DNA of 64,000 bases from Eledone cirrhosa. Taxonomy: Eukaryota. Of this stretch, positions 26,293 to 38,039 are shown piece by piece (the first letter of the stretch is position 1; every line of letters begins with the position of its first letter). The stretch lies in contig OZ024761.1 of the NCBI GenBank assembly GCA_964016885.1, positions 19,468,001-19,532,000 on the forward strand, written 5' to 3'. The translations under genes were made by a program, and so were the position numbers. The notes beneath the pieces are model-generated. The model was not told where the DNA came from. It saw nothing but the letters and a program-made list of their open reading frames with translations, and did not search any database.

Positions 26293-27110
26293 ATCTAGAA
26301 GGACATCATCATCATAATCATCATCATTGTTGTCATTATCGAGAAGAAAGGCTACCATCATTATCATCTTTATTATTATTATATTATTGCCAAGTGGATT
26401 GGCAGTATCGGTAGAGAGTCAGATGCCGTGCTTTGCAGCACAGAGTCACGGCCCTTTACAGCCTGAGTTAAAATCCCACTGAGGTTAACTTTGCCTTTCA
26501 TCCCTACGGGAGTCGATAAAATACAGTAGCAGTCACACAATTGCTGGCCTTGTGCCTAAAGTAGAAACAGTTGTTAGCATTATTGCTGTCACCACCACCA
26601 TCATTGTCATCATCCTTACCACCACCATCATCTTTACCACCACCATCATCATCATCATGTTTACCACCATCATCATCATCATTACCACCACCAGTGGTTC
26701 CATATATGTAAATATGCCTAACTCCTACACACACATATACATCTGTGTGTGTATGCATGTATATTTATTTGTGTATGTATATATATACATATATATAGAC
26801 ATACATATATAATATCTATGTGGTTGGTGTTAGGAAGGGCATCCAGCTGGTCAACAGGCCAGACATGCTTCATAACCTGGATGACCAGTCTAACCCATGC
26901 AAGCATGGAAAATAACATTAAACGTTGTGTGTGTGTGTGTATATGCTGTAAAATGGAGAGGTAAAGAGGGCCCCAGTAAGACAACCTGTCTAGTGGTGGT
27001 GGCACGAATAAAAGCACCCAGTCCATGCTGTAAAGTGGTGCTGGTGTTAGGAAGGGCATCCAACCAGTATATATACTACTGCCAAAATCTATGAGTGCAA
27101 CAGATGATGA

Positions 27111-27153
<43 letters not shown>

Positions 27154-27240
27154 CGGGGTAACAGATTATTGTTATAGGTAATCCATCAATGAGATTAAAA
27201 ACCTTTTTTGTAACGCAAACCGTGTCACTCTTCTTTCCTG

Positions 27241-27278
<38 letters not shown>

Positions 27279-27506
27279 TATATGAAGCACCCAGTCCACA
27301 CTGTAAAGTGGTCATTACAGTGTCACAATAAAAAGCACATGGTCCATACAGTAAATATGGTTGGCATTAAGAAGGGCATCGAGATGTAGAAACCAACAGT
27401 TCTGTATGAACAAGACACAGTCATCTGACCTGGCTTATCTCACAATGGGACAACTCGTCTAACCCATGCTAGCGTGGAAAATAAACATTAAACAATGATG
27501 ATGATG

Positions 27507-27549
<43 letters not shown>

Positions 27550-27768
27550 CCATATGTGGTTGACAGCTGACAGAAAAAAGTTGATCACAGGGTCATCAGA
27601 TAAGAACAAGTTCTTGTCTAATGAATGACCCTGTGATAAACAGTAGCTTGCTTCGTTTTTTCGGCTCCGGTGGCTAATAGCTTCATGACCGCCGTTTTCA
27701 GTTTGTTTGGCCTCTATAACGTATGTTAATTGCTCTGGTCTTCTTTTAGTCCATTGAGCGCCTGCCGC

Positions 27769-27801
<33 letters not shown>

Positions 27802-28121
27802 AATTATTGTGTACAGTGCTCAGGTGCACTACACTCGAAAATTGCGTTTCGCTTTGTTTTTGAACACAGCCGAAATGCGGTCTCACTGAAATTATATTTG
27901 TATGTATATATATATATATATATATATACATACACAAATATATATCATCACTGTTTAGTATCCCTTTATCCATGCTTGCATGGGTTAGAGGGGTCCTCCA
28001 CACCGAGAGGCAAGTCTGGCCAGAATAGACCACGCCGTAACTTGCTCCAGAGAGAACTGTAAATTTGGCCAGGTATTTTACAGCTGGATGCCCTTCCTAA
28101 CACCAACCAAATTAATACCTT

Positions 28122-28159
<38 letters not shown>

Positions 28160-29182
28160 TATCTACTAATATATAATGCTCTCGTGTTTTTGTACGTTAC
28201 GCAAAGGGAGGTAACTCATCTATGCTTCAGTATGTAAATATAAATCATTTCATTTTATGTCTGCTTTTTCCATGATGCTGGCTTGATTTCTACAGCTGGA
28301 TGCCCTTCCTAACACCAACCTCATTTACAGTGAGTGCTGGGTGCTTTTTTGACATGGCACCTCCACGACCACTTTGCAGTGGAATGATAGGGACCCCAGT
28401 CCCTATCATCTCATTTTTACAGCTGAGTAAACTGGAGCAATGTGAAATAAAGTGTTTTGCTCAAGGAAACAACACATCACCCAGTCCGAGAATTGAACTC
28501 ACAACCTTTCGATTGCAAGGCCAATGCTCTAACCACTAAACCATGTGCCTCCAAATACATATGCATAAACATTATACAAAGTAATGATTACGTAGACACA
28601 CATGTATGTGATATGTGTGGAAGGAAGGGGGCTGTGACAAACTATAGAAAACAGAGAACAGTGTTCGCAACACCTGTGTTACTCATACATATAAACGTAT
28701 ACATATGCATACACACATACTCACATACATATATGTATGTATGCATGTAATAATTATTGTCTGTTTATGTGTATGTTTGTGTAGATGTGTATGTATGTAA
28801 TAATTATTTTTAACTAGAGTTCTTAGATTGGCTACACTTTTGTGAGTGTATGTGTGTGAGTGTATGTGTGTGAGTTTGTGTATGTATTTGTGTGTGAGTG
28901 TTTGTGTATGTATTTGTGTGTGAGTGTTTGTATGTGAGTGTATGTGTGTGTATGTGTTGTCCAAGGAACCGAGTCCCTTGCAATGTTGAAATAAATTAGA
29001 ATTATCAAGAATATAAAACAACCGCAATTGAAAGTTATATACAAATACACATCTACCCTTTAACCGCCATTTTTAATGGCATGGGGCCAACTAGTGTGTA
29101 TGTGTGCTTGTGTGTATATATATATATATATATTATGGGATACTGTTGGCTTTTTGTTACAATGTTTTCTATACCTTTCATT

Positions 29183-29207
<25 letters not shown>

Positions 29208-29213
<6 letters not shown>

Positions 29214-29393
29214 AAGGAAATGTGGTAAGGAACCAGATGGACCATAACGCACCAGAGTACTCAATACTTAGAGTAGTAGAGTGGGAAATAGGAAAAAGTA
29301 GTACCCCGACAGCAGAGCTCAATCCGTTTCGATAGCTATTTCTGGACTCAGAAACGGCTTGAGCTCTGCCGGTGGGGTCATACTTTTTCCTAT
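29208..29393. mobile_element. Fold-back insertion in (TA)n, 43-bp inverted arms
   Basis: 29288-29330 is inverted at 29351-29393; ~80-bp tail on the left only. Confidence 0.7.
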
Positions 29394-29407
29394 ATATAAA
29401 TATATAT

Positions 29408-29768
29408 CCAGGGAGTGTAACGTGAAATTACTGCAGGTAAGCACTCGATGTTTAGGTTCACGTCAGTGGCGAGGTGTAGAGCTAGATATAGTGTAATATA
29501 ATAATGTAATAAGACAAGGACGATTTGTTAAGCCTTCATTACATTTATTGATTGGTGACGCGTGTTTCACTATTGATCAGCTCAAGGTTTGATCTATATC
29601 GATCTGGCCCAAATCTGGAATCAATAACTCGTCAGATCTCTGCTGTTGTAACGACATACAGATCAATACAGATCGAACCTTGAGCTGATCAATAGCGAAA
29701 CGCTCGTCACCAATCAATAAACATAATGAAGGCTTAACAAATCATCCTTGTATTAATGTATTATTATA
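29408..29768 (-). mobile_element. Penelope-like fold-back remnant, ~105-bp inverted arms
   Basis: 29501-29606 is inverted at 29659-29765; contains a hammerhead core; flanked by TA runs. Confidence 0.7.
29551..29641 (-). ncRNA. Type I hammerhead ribozyme-like motif
   Basis: CUGACGA (29635-29629), 9-bp stem II GUUAUUGAU/AUCAAUAGU, then GAAAC-ACGC-GUC. Stem I is poorly paired. Confidence 0.65.
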
Positions 29769-30148
29769 TGTATATAAGGGTGGTGGATTGACAGTATCAG
29801 TAGAGGGTCAGACGCCATGCTTGAGTTCAAATCCCACCGAGGTTGCCTTTCACCCTTACGGGGGTCGATAAAATAAAGTACCAGTAATGCACTGGGTATT
29901 TGCTGGTCTTGTGCCAAAAGTAGAAACAATTATATATATATGTATATATATATAGCCAAGAAAAAAAGAAAGAAGCAGCTGAGATGACCATTGGTCCAAT
30001 TCTGGTTAAAACAATGCAAAGCTACTAAAGTAGGAAGGATTTAAAAAGGTAAGGAAGAAAGAAAGCCATGCAAATTACAGCTGTTATCTATCATGGCATC
30101 TCTCTCTCTTTATTAAACATTAACAAGAAACAATACTTTTGTACAACA

Positions 30149-30230
<82 letters not shown>

Positions 30231-30887
30231 GAGATTTTGACTTTTATCTCTACCAAAACACAGCCACCATACCTGCTATTAATTCAAATGTGGGCACTCT
30301 GAAGAGCTAGTTGCAGTACCGCAATTTGGCAGATTCATTAAGTAAGCTAGACGTTGGCCAGGGATCGTTGACATAGTATCAACGATCTTTGTTTATATAT
30401 ATATATATATAGAGGTAGAACACTGGAAGGTAATATCCGTAGTGGTAGAGCACTCAGTCCATGGGACGAGTTTGGTAGAAGTAGTAACACAACAGTTAGT
30501 TCACCATACCGAGAACAATTGTTCTCAGTATGGTGAACTAACTGTTGTGTTACTACTTCTATATATATATTGGATTTCCAGAAACTTAGCGCTGATGTTG
30601 GGTCCTGTATATGATGTATATTGTGTGATATACGATGTAGATTATATATTTTGCATTCAGTCTCACCACTCTGTCCGGGTCAGTATAAAATCTTTTCCTG
30701 GGTCCTGTATTTTCGTTGCTCTAGTGATGCGACTGGATTGCCGACCGCTATATCTGATTTGCTAAGCTGTCTGAACGTATTGTTATTACTCTGGGGTTCT
30801 TTTCCCCATCTGAGTGCTAAAGCTACAGACCGATTCTGCATTCGTTAGCTTGGCTGTGTTCTAAAGCTTCGTTAATGTTGTACTAAA

Positions 30888-30922
<35 letters not shown>

Positions 30923-31296
30923 TTGTTTCTACTTTTGGCACAAGACCAGCAATTACCCAGTACATTACTGGTACTTTATTTTATCGACCCCGTATGGATG
31001 AAAGGCAAAGTTAACCTCGGCGGGATTTGAACTCAGATCATAAAGGGACATAACTATGCTGGAAAGCATGTCCGACCCTCTACCGATACTGCCAATTCAC
31101 CATATTAATTGGTGGTCACTCATCGGTCCAGTTTGTTTGTCTACCAGCATATCATGAAAAAAATTATACATTTTCTATGTATTTTGTCTGAAGACGACAT
31201 GTTCTGGTTTATGTTATACATAAAATTTTACATCCTCGATATATATATAATGAAATAAATAGAGATGATATAAAGTATATATATTTCGTTTATTAC

Positions 31297-31336
<40 letters not shown>

Positions 31337-31633
31337 TCATCATCAACATTTTACGTCCGCTTTTCCCTGCTTGCAAGGGTGGGACGGGAACTGATTCTGG
31401 CTTGATTTCTACAGCTGGATGCCCTTCCTAACACCAACCTCATTTACAGTGAGTGCTGGGTGCTTTTTTGCCATGGCACCTCCACGACCATTTTGCAGTA
31501 GAATGATAGGGACCCCAGTCCCTATCATCTCATTTCTACAGCTGAGTAAACTGGAGCAATGTGAAATAAAGTGTCTTGCTCAAGGAAACAACACATCACC
31601 CGGGCTGAGAATTGTATATATATATATATATAT

Positions 31634-31686
<53 letters not shown>

Positions 31687-32455
31687 AAAGTAAGTTTGTG
31701 TAATTTGGTAGAGTCATATTGCTTGCCAATCCCCATTATCATTATCACCATGGCTGTGGATTGGCAGTATAGGGAGAGAGTCGGACGCCATGCTTTGCAG
31801 CATAGAATTACGGCCCTTTATGATCCGAGTTCAAATCCCGCCAAGGTTAACTTTGCCTTTCATCGTTACGAGGGTCGATAAAATGAAGTACCAGTCATGC
31901 ACTGAGGTCGATTTAATCGACTTTCTCCTCCTTCAAAAATTGCTGGCCTTGTGCCCTATATAAGAAACCATTATCATCACCACCTCTATCGTCATCAGCA
32001 TCACCACTATCATCATCACCATTATAACTATCACGAACATCATCACCGTCGACATTATCTCCATTACCATCATCAGCACCACCACCACCACCACCACCAC
32101 CACCGCTGTCACCATCATCATCATCATCATCATCATCACCATCAACAATGTCATCATCTAATCTCTGTTTTCTCCTGAAAATATAGCAGCCTATTTGTGT
32201 CTGTGGCTTAGTCAGATATTTAACAATCACAACCCATGGTTGATAAATAAGGTACCAATCCAACCACAGGCATACATATGCATCTCCCTGAATATATAAT
32301 AAATAGGGGGACAGAGAGAAAGGTGGGGGGCGCGGGATGTCTTGAGAGAAATGCTAGTTAGACTAAAGTGAAATAATACTACTGCCTTTTATCATGCAGA
32401 ACAGAACTGGAATGAAAGTCGTTAACTTCCTCTCATGATAACGGGGAAACATTAC

Positions 32456-32502
32456 CGGAGATCAGAAGGGCGGGGACGTCGTAAGGGCTGGAGTGGGGGT
32501 TT
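32456..32502 (-). CDS. KIAA0930: KIAA0930 homologue, candidate 47-nt cassette exon Y
   Basis: Branch-like CTCAC, acceptor tatttttgtcacAG, donor CG/GTAATG. In phase 2->1 reads (R)NPHSSPYDVPALLIS; in frame only after the 88-nt form of exon X. Confidence 0.5.
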
Positions 32503-32793
32503 CTGTGACAAAAATACAGGGTGAGGGAAGGGGGTAAGGTGGGAATGTGTTGCCATGTGTGTCAATGTGTGGGTGTGTGTGTCTTGCATTAAGGGATATA
32601 ATGGTGAAAACAGTGCATTTGAACAAACAAAGAAAATGTCCCTTGTGATATTTGTTCTGCTACAGTTAAACAGACTCTCCCTTGTCCTTCTTGTGCTCAC
32701 AAATAGCAATGTAATGAGTGTTATACACACACTTTGAGTGGGAGTGTGATTTATGTGAGGGAGTGTGTGTGCATGTGTGTGTATGAGTGTGAC

Positions 32794-33025
<232 letters not shown>

Positions 33026-33212
33026 AAGAAATAGGCAGACATATAAATCTAGTGGGTGTTGCAGTTTGCAGAAGGCTGACAACAGTGTAGCTAGCCCAAG
33101 GGTGGAGTGGTGGAGGTGGTGGGGGCTTGAGAGGGACGGGGTGGAGTGTATGGGGTGGGATGGAAAGGAAGGTAACGATAAAGCTTGTACGGTGCTCTCT
33201 GCAAACGGTCAC

Positions 33213-33300
33213 CTACCACAACGGGGTCGGTGTGGACGGACACAACACATCAAGAAGTGACGTTTTAGTTTTAATGACCGCACAGCACGCTTACGTCGAC
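33213..33300 (-). CDS. KIAA0930: KIAA0930 homologue, candidate cassette exon X (84 or 88 nt)
   Basis: Long pyrimidine tract + TAG; phase 1 frame open: (G)RRKRAVRSLKLKRHFLMCCVRPHRPRC. Tandem donors GTAGGT (exon end 33217) and GTGACC (exon end 33213). CpG-rich unique island. Confidence 0.6.
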
Positions 33301-33394
33301 CTAGAGGAGAAACTGGAGAGAGAGAGACAGAGAGAAATGGAAAGACCAACATCAGATAAGTATCGGCAAGCTAATGGTTAGCAGGAAGCGTAAA

Positions 33395-34430
33395 GTGGTG
33401 GTGGTGGTGATAGTGGTGGTGGTGGTGATAGTAGTGGTGATGGTTGTTGTGGTGGTGGTGTTGGTTGTGGAGATTATCATGGTGTTTGGTGGTGATGGAT
33501 TATGGTGATGGTTGTTGTAGCTGTGGTTGTGGTGGTGGTGGTGATGGTTGTTGTGGTGGTGGTGGTGATGGTTGTTGTTGTGGTGGTGTTGGTTGTGGAG
33601 ATTATCGTGGTGTTTGGTGGTGGATTATGGTGATGGTTGTTGTAGCTGTGGTGGTGGTGGTGATGGTTGTTGTGGTGGTGGTGTTGGTTGTGGAGATTAT
33701 CGTGGTGTTTGTTGGTGGTGGTGGATTATGGTGATGGTTGTAGTAGCTGTGGTGGTGGTGGTGGTGATGGTTGTTGTTGTGGTGGTGGTGTTGGTTGTGG
33801 AGATTATCGTGGTGTTTGTTGGTGGTGGTGGATTATGGTGATGGTTGTTGTAGCTGTGGTGGTGGTGATGGTTGTTGTGGTGGTGGTGTTGGTTGTGGAG
33901 ATTATCGTGGTGTTTGGTGGTGGTGGTTGTAGTGTTGGTGGTGGTTGTAGTGACGGTGGTGGTTGTTTTAGTGGTGGTGGTGGTTGTAGTGATGGTGGTG
34001 GTGGTTGTAGTGACGGTGGTGGTGGTTGTAGTGACGGTGGTGGTGGTTGTAGTGTTGGTGGTGGTGGTGGTTGTAGTGATGGTGGTGGTGGTTGCAGTGA
34101 ACTGTAATGATGGTGGTAGTTGCAGTGATAGTGGTGGCTGTAGTGATAGTGGTGGCTGTAGTGACGGTGGTGGTTGTAGTGATAGTGGTGGCTGTAGTGA
34201 TGGTGGTAGTTGCAGTGATAGTGGTGGCTGTAGTGATGGTGGTAGTTGCAGTGACGGTGGTGGCTGTAGTGACGGTGGTGGCTGTAGTGACGGTGGTGGC
34301 TGTAGTGACGGTGGTGGCTGTAGTGACGGTGGTGGCTGTAGTGACGGTGGTGGCTGTAGTGACGGTGGTGGCTGTAGTGACGGTGGTGGTTGCAGTGATA
34401 GTGGTGGTTGCAATGATGGTGGTGGCTGAG
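33395..34430. repeat. (GGT)n-derived compound minisatellite (~100-110 bp units, then 21-bp units)
   Basis: Repeated ggagattatcgtggtg units, then ggctgtagtgacggtggt units. Confidence 0.9.
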
Positions 34431-34948
34431 GTGGTGGAACATTTTGTAGGGTCCATGTTGGCGTTTGACATAAGGGTGTTTAACATTAGGGTCCAAAGCT
34501 AGGGTTTCAGATTTAAACATTTCAACTGCTGCTGTCACTGACAGAGTAGACTACCACTTTACAGAGTGGACGACCACTTTACAGAGTGGACTGGGCGCAT
34601 TTTGTCTGACACCAACATATAACAATAATGGTAGGACATATTAAATTATGTAAAACAATATGATAAAGTGTATGTATGTATTTATATTAGTGTGTGTGTG
34701 TCTGTGTGTGTACATACACACGCACACAACGGTTAGCTGAAAAGTTCATAGGAAGACCAAGATACTCTCATGGAATGACCAAATAAGGTTTATTTTTCAA
34801 CATAATCCCTAGAAAAAAAACAATGCAGTTATTAATAAGAAGAGTCGAAATTAATACATGCAAGATTTCACAGCCCTAGCATCAATCCTTCATAGTCAGC
34901 TTATGAAATTTTCAGCCCACCCTTGCACACAATTATGTATGTATGTTA

Positions 34949-34979
<31 letters not shown>

Positions 34980-35543
34980 ACATCCTTTTTACATTCGCTT
35001 TCCATACTTCCATGCTAGCGTGGAAAATGGACGTTAAACGAAGATGATGATGATGATATATATATATATGTCTATATATGTCTGTGCATATATATGTGTT
35101 GTCGTCATCATCATCATCATCATCATTACTGTTTAATGTCTATTTTTCATGTTTGCATGGGTTAGACAGGTTGTAAGCCAAGACAGGCCAGGTGACTGTC
35201 TTGTTTATACATTCCATTTTTGGCATGGTTTTTGTATAGCTGGATGTCCTTTTTATCGTCAAGCACTTTACAACCAACACTGAAGTGGTCATGTAATCGT
35301 CACAGCAAAAAGCGCCCATCCCACACTGAAAACAAGCCAAAACCAGTTCTGTATGTGCAAGATACGGTCATCTAATCTGACTTGTTTCAACTCGTCTAAC
35401 CCATGCTAAAATGGAAAAACGGATGTTAAATGGTGATGATGATGATATCAGTGTGTATATATCTATATATATATATGTGTGTGTGTGTGTGCACGTATCA
35501 GAGTGTTTATATGTACATTTATATACACTCCTTTATATATATA

Positions 35544-35574
<31 letters not shown>

Positions 35575-35636
35575 ATATAAAGAGAGAGATAAATTATATA
35601 TGTGTGTGTGTGTGATATAGTTGTGTACATATTTAC

Positions 35637-35811
35637 CGTCTTGTATAGCAGCTGCTTCCACTTCGTGGCAATTATCTGTACCTATGTTGTCGACATTTTC
35701 TGTTTCCGAGCGAGATTTCCTTATGTTTAATTTCCGGAAACTTCCACGCATAAATGTACCCACTGCAGAGCTTGGGTCACTCATCCTGCGTTCATGGTAG
35801 GAGTTTTGCTC
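35637..35811 (-). CDS. KIAA0930: KIAA0930 homologue exon
   Basis: TAG/GTAAAT, 175 nt, phase 0->1. Reads EQNSYHERRMSDPSSAVGTFMRGSFRKLNIRKSRSETENVDNIGTDNCHEVEAAAIQD and bridges the frames of the flanking exons. Confidence 0.88.
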
Positions 35812-36499
35812 CTAGAACAAATAAAATAAACTATATATTGGCAATGCATGTATGTATATATATATATAAATATATATATACAGAAGATTTTATACCACCG
35901 TTATGAAACATATTTAGGTTTTGAAGTTCAAATTCATCTACGGAGCAGGTTTGGATTTTGAAATTTAAATTTGTCCAGGAATCACGGCTTTTGCCAATAT
36001 GAGCTTGTTTTTATCGATTTATATCGAGATGGACAAACTATATTTATTTTAATTAGTTTATTTCATTCTAGCTAACTTAGTCTTTTGCAATGCAAACACT
36101 TACGTGTTTATCATATATTAATTTATATTAACTTGTATTTCACGGCTCAGAAATGCTTCTTTCTTTGAGCTAATTAATTGTAAATGACTGAGTTTAAAAC
36201 TCTAAATATAATATAATATATATATATATATATATATTATAAAGTGAAATGACAGGAGGCCAAATATGTCGAGTAGCATAATGTTGAGTGCTTTTCTCAT
36301 ATTACATCATGGTTAGCATTGCAGAATGACCAATTTTACTCAGAGGTAAAACATGAAATTTAAACGTATATATATATATATACATATATATATACACATA
36401 TATATATACACACACATATATATATATATAAAACAAGATGTGTAAGTCAACAGGTTAAAATTAATTTCGTTTATTCATATTCGCTGTTATATATATTTC

Positions 36500-36591
36500 G
36501 TCAGTCTGAAGAGCAGATCGATAATGGAATCGGGTCCATAAACTCTAAGGGTGACCCTAAGCCAATCCTCTGCGAAATGCACGTAACAGGT
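36500..36591 (+). ncRNA. Type I hammerhead ribozyme-like motif
   Basis: CUGAAGA (36506-36512), stem II GCAGA/UCUGC with inner GGGUC/GACCC, GAAA (36574-36577), short stem III, GUA triplet (36583-36585); stem I 5 of 6 positions paired. Confidence 0.7.
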
Positions 36592-36642
36592 TGATACACA
36601 ATAAAAATCTATATACATGTAAACAAAACTTCCTCATTATTT

Positions 36643-37239
<597 letters not shown>

Positions 37240-37689
37240 CTACAGTAAAAAAAAAAAAGGGGGAGATAGGAAATATTATTTTCTATGACAGAGGAAAGAT
37301 GTTCGTCACTCTGCTGGTTTTAGATCCCCTCTGATTAAACACATATCTCTATGTGTACTTCTCTCTATATGTTGATTTATAAAGAGCCCAGAATCTATTC
37401 CTTGAGCTCATTAAATTATAGGAGATTAATGTGAGTCTTTAACTCTGTTTTTTTTAACTTCATATTTCTAATGAAAGAAATTGCCTAGAGTTTTTAAAAA
37501 TAATTCTGAAAATAATCAATAATTTGGAGGTATTTAGTAAAATATCTAACTTTTTCATTATTAAGCTGGTGTTCAGAACATAACTTAAAGGTTCTTACAT
37601 AAAATTAAACACTTTAACCCTTTCATTACCATATTTCTAATGAATGACACTGCATATGGTTCTCAGAACTAACTAATATATATATATAT

Positions 37690-37890
37690 TGGAAAATGTG
37701 TGAAATCCTTGGTACCGTTAGGTAGATTTGAAAAAAGGTCAAGAATGACTTCACTTGTAGTTGGTGTTCTAAACAATTTAGTTTTATAATTTTACAATTT
37801 ACATCTACATAGTAGAATTGTAAAATTATAAAATTAAATTGTTTAGAACACCAACTACAAGTGAAGTCATTCCTTTCATTTTTTTCAAAT
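37690..37890. mobile_element. Fold-back insertion in (TA)n, ~75-bp inverted arms with 16-nt loop
   Basis: 37726-37799 is inverted at 37816-37890. Confidence 0.75.
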
Positions 37891-38039
37891 ATATATATAT
37901 ATATATATACACCTTTGGTGAGATGGTCATGTCTGGAATGCCTTTAATCATAGACCTGCTATACCAGGGATGACCTACAGCTAAATAACATTTTAAACAG
38001 TATTAACATTGATATCACTACACACACATATATATATAT

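Noticed and set aside
28153-28240. Helitron-like 5' end (TCTACTAATATATAA...)
   Set aside because: No matching 3' hairpin/CTRR end visible; fragment too short to support.
31188-31250. CTGAAGA with a weak stem, possible hammerhead
   Set aside because: GAAA is replaced by GATA and runs into TA repeats; too decayed to call.
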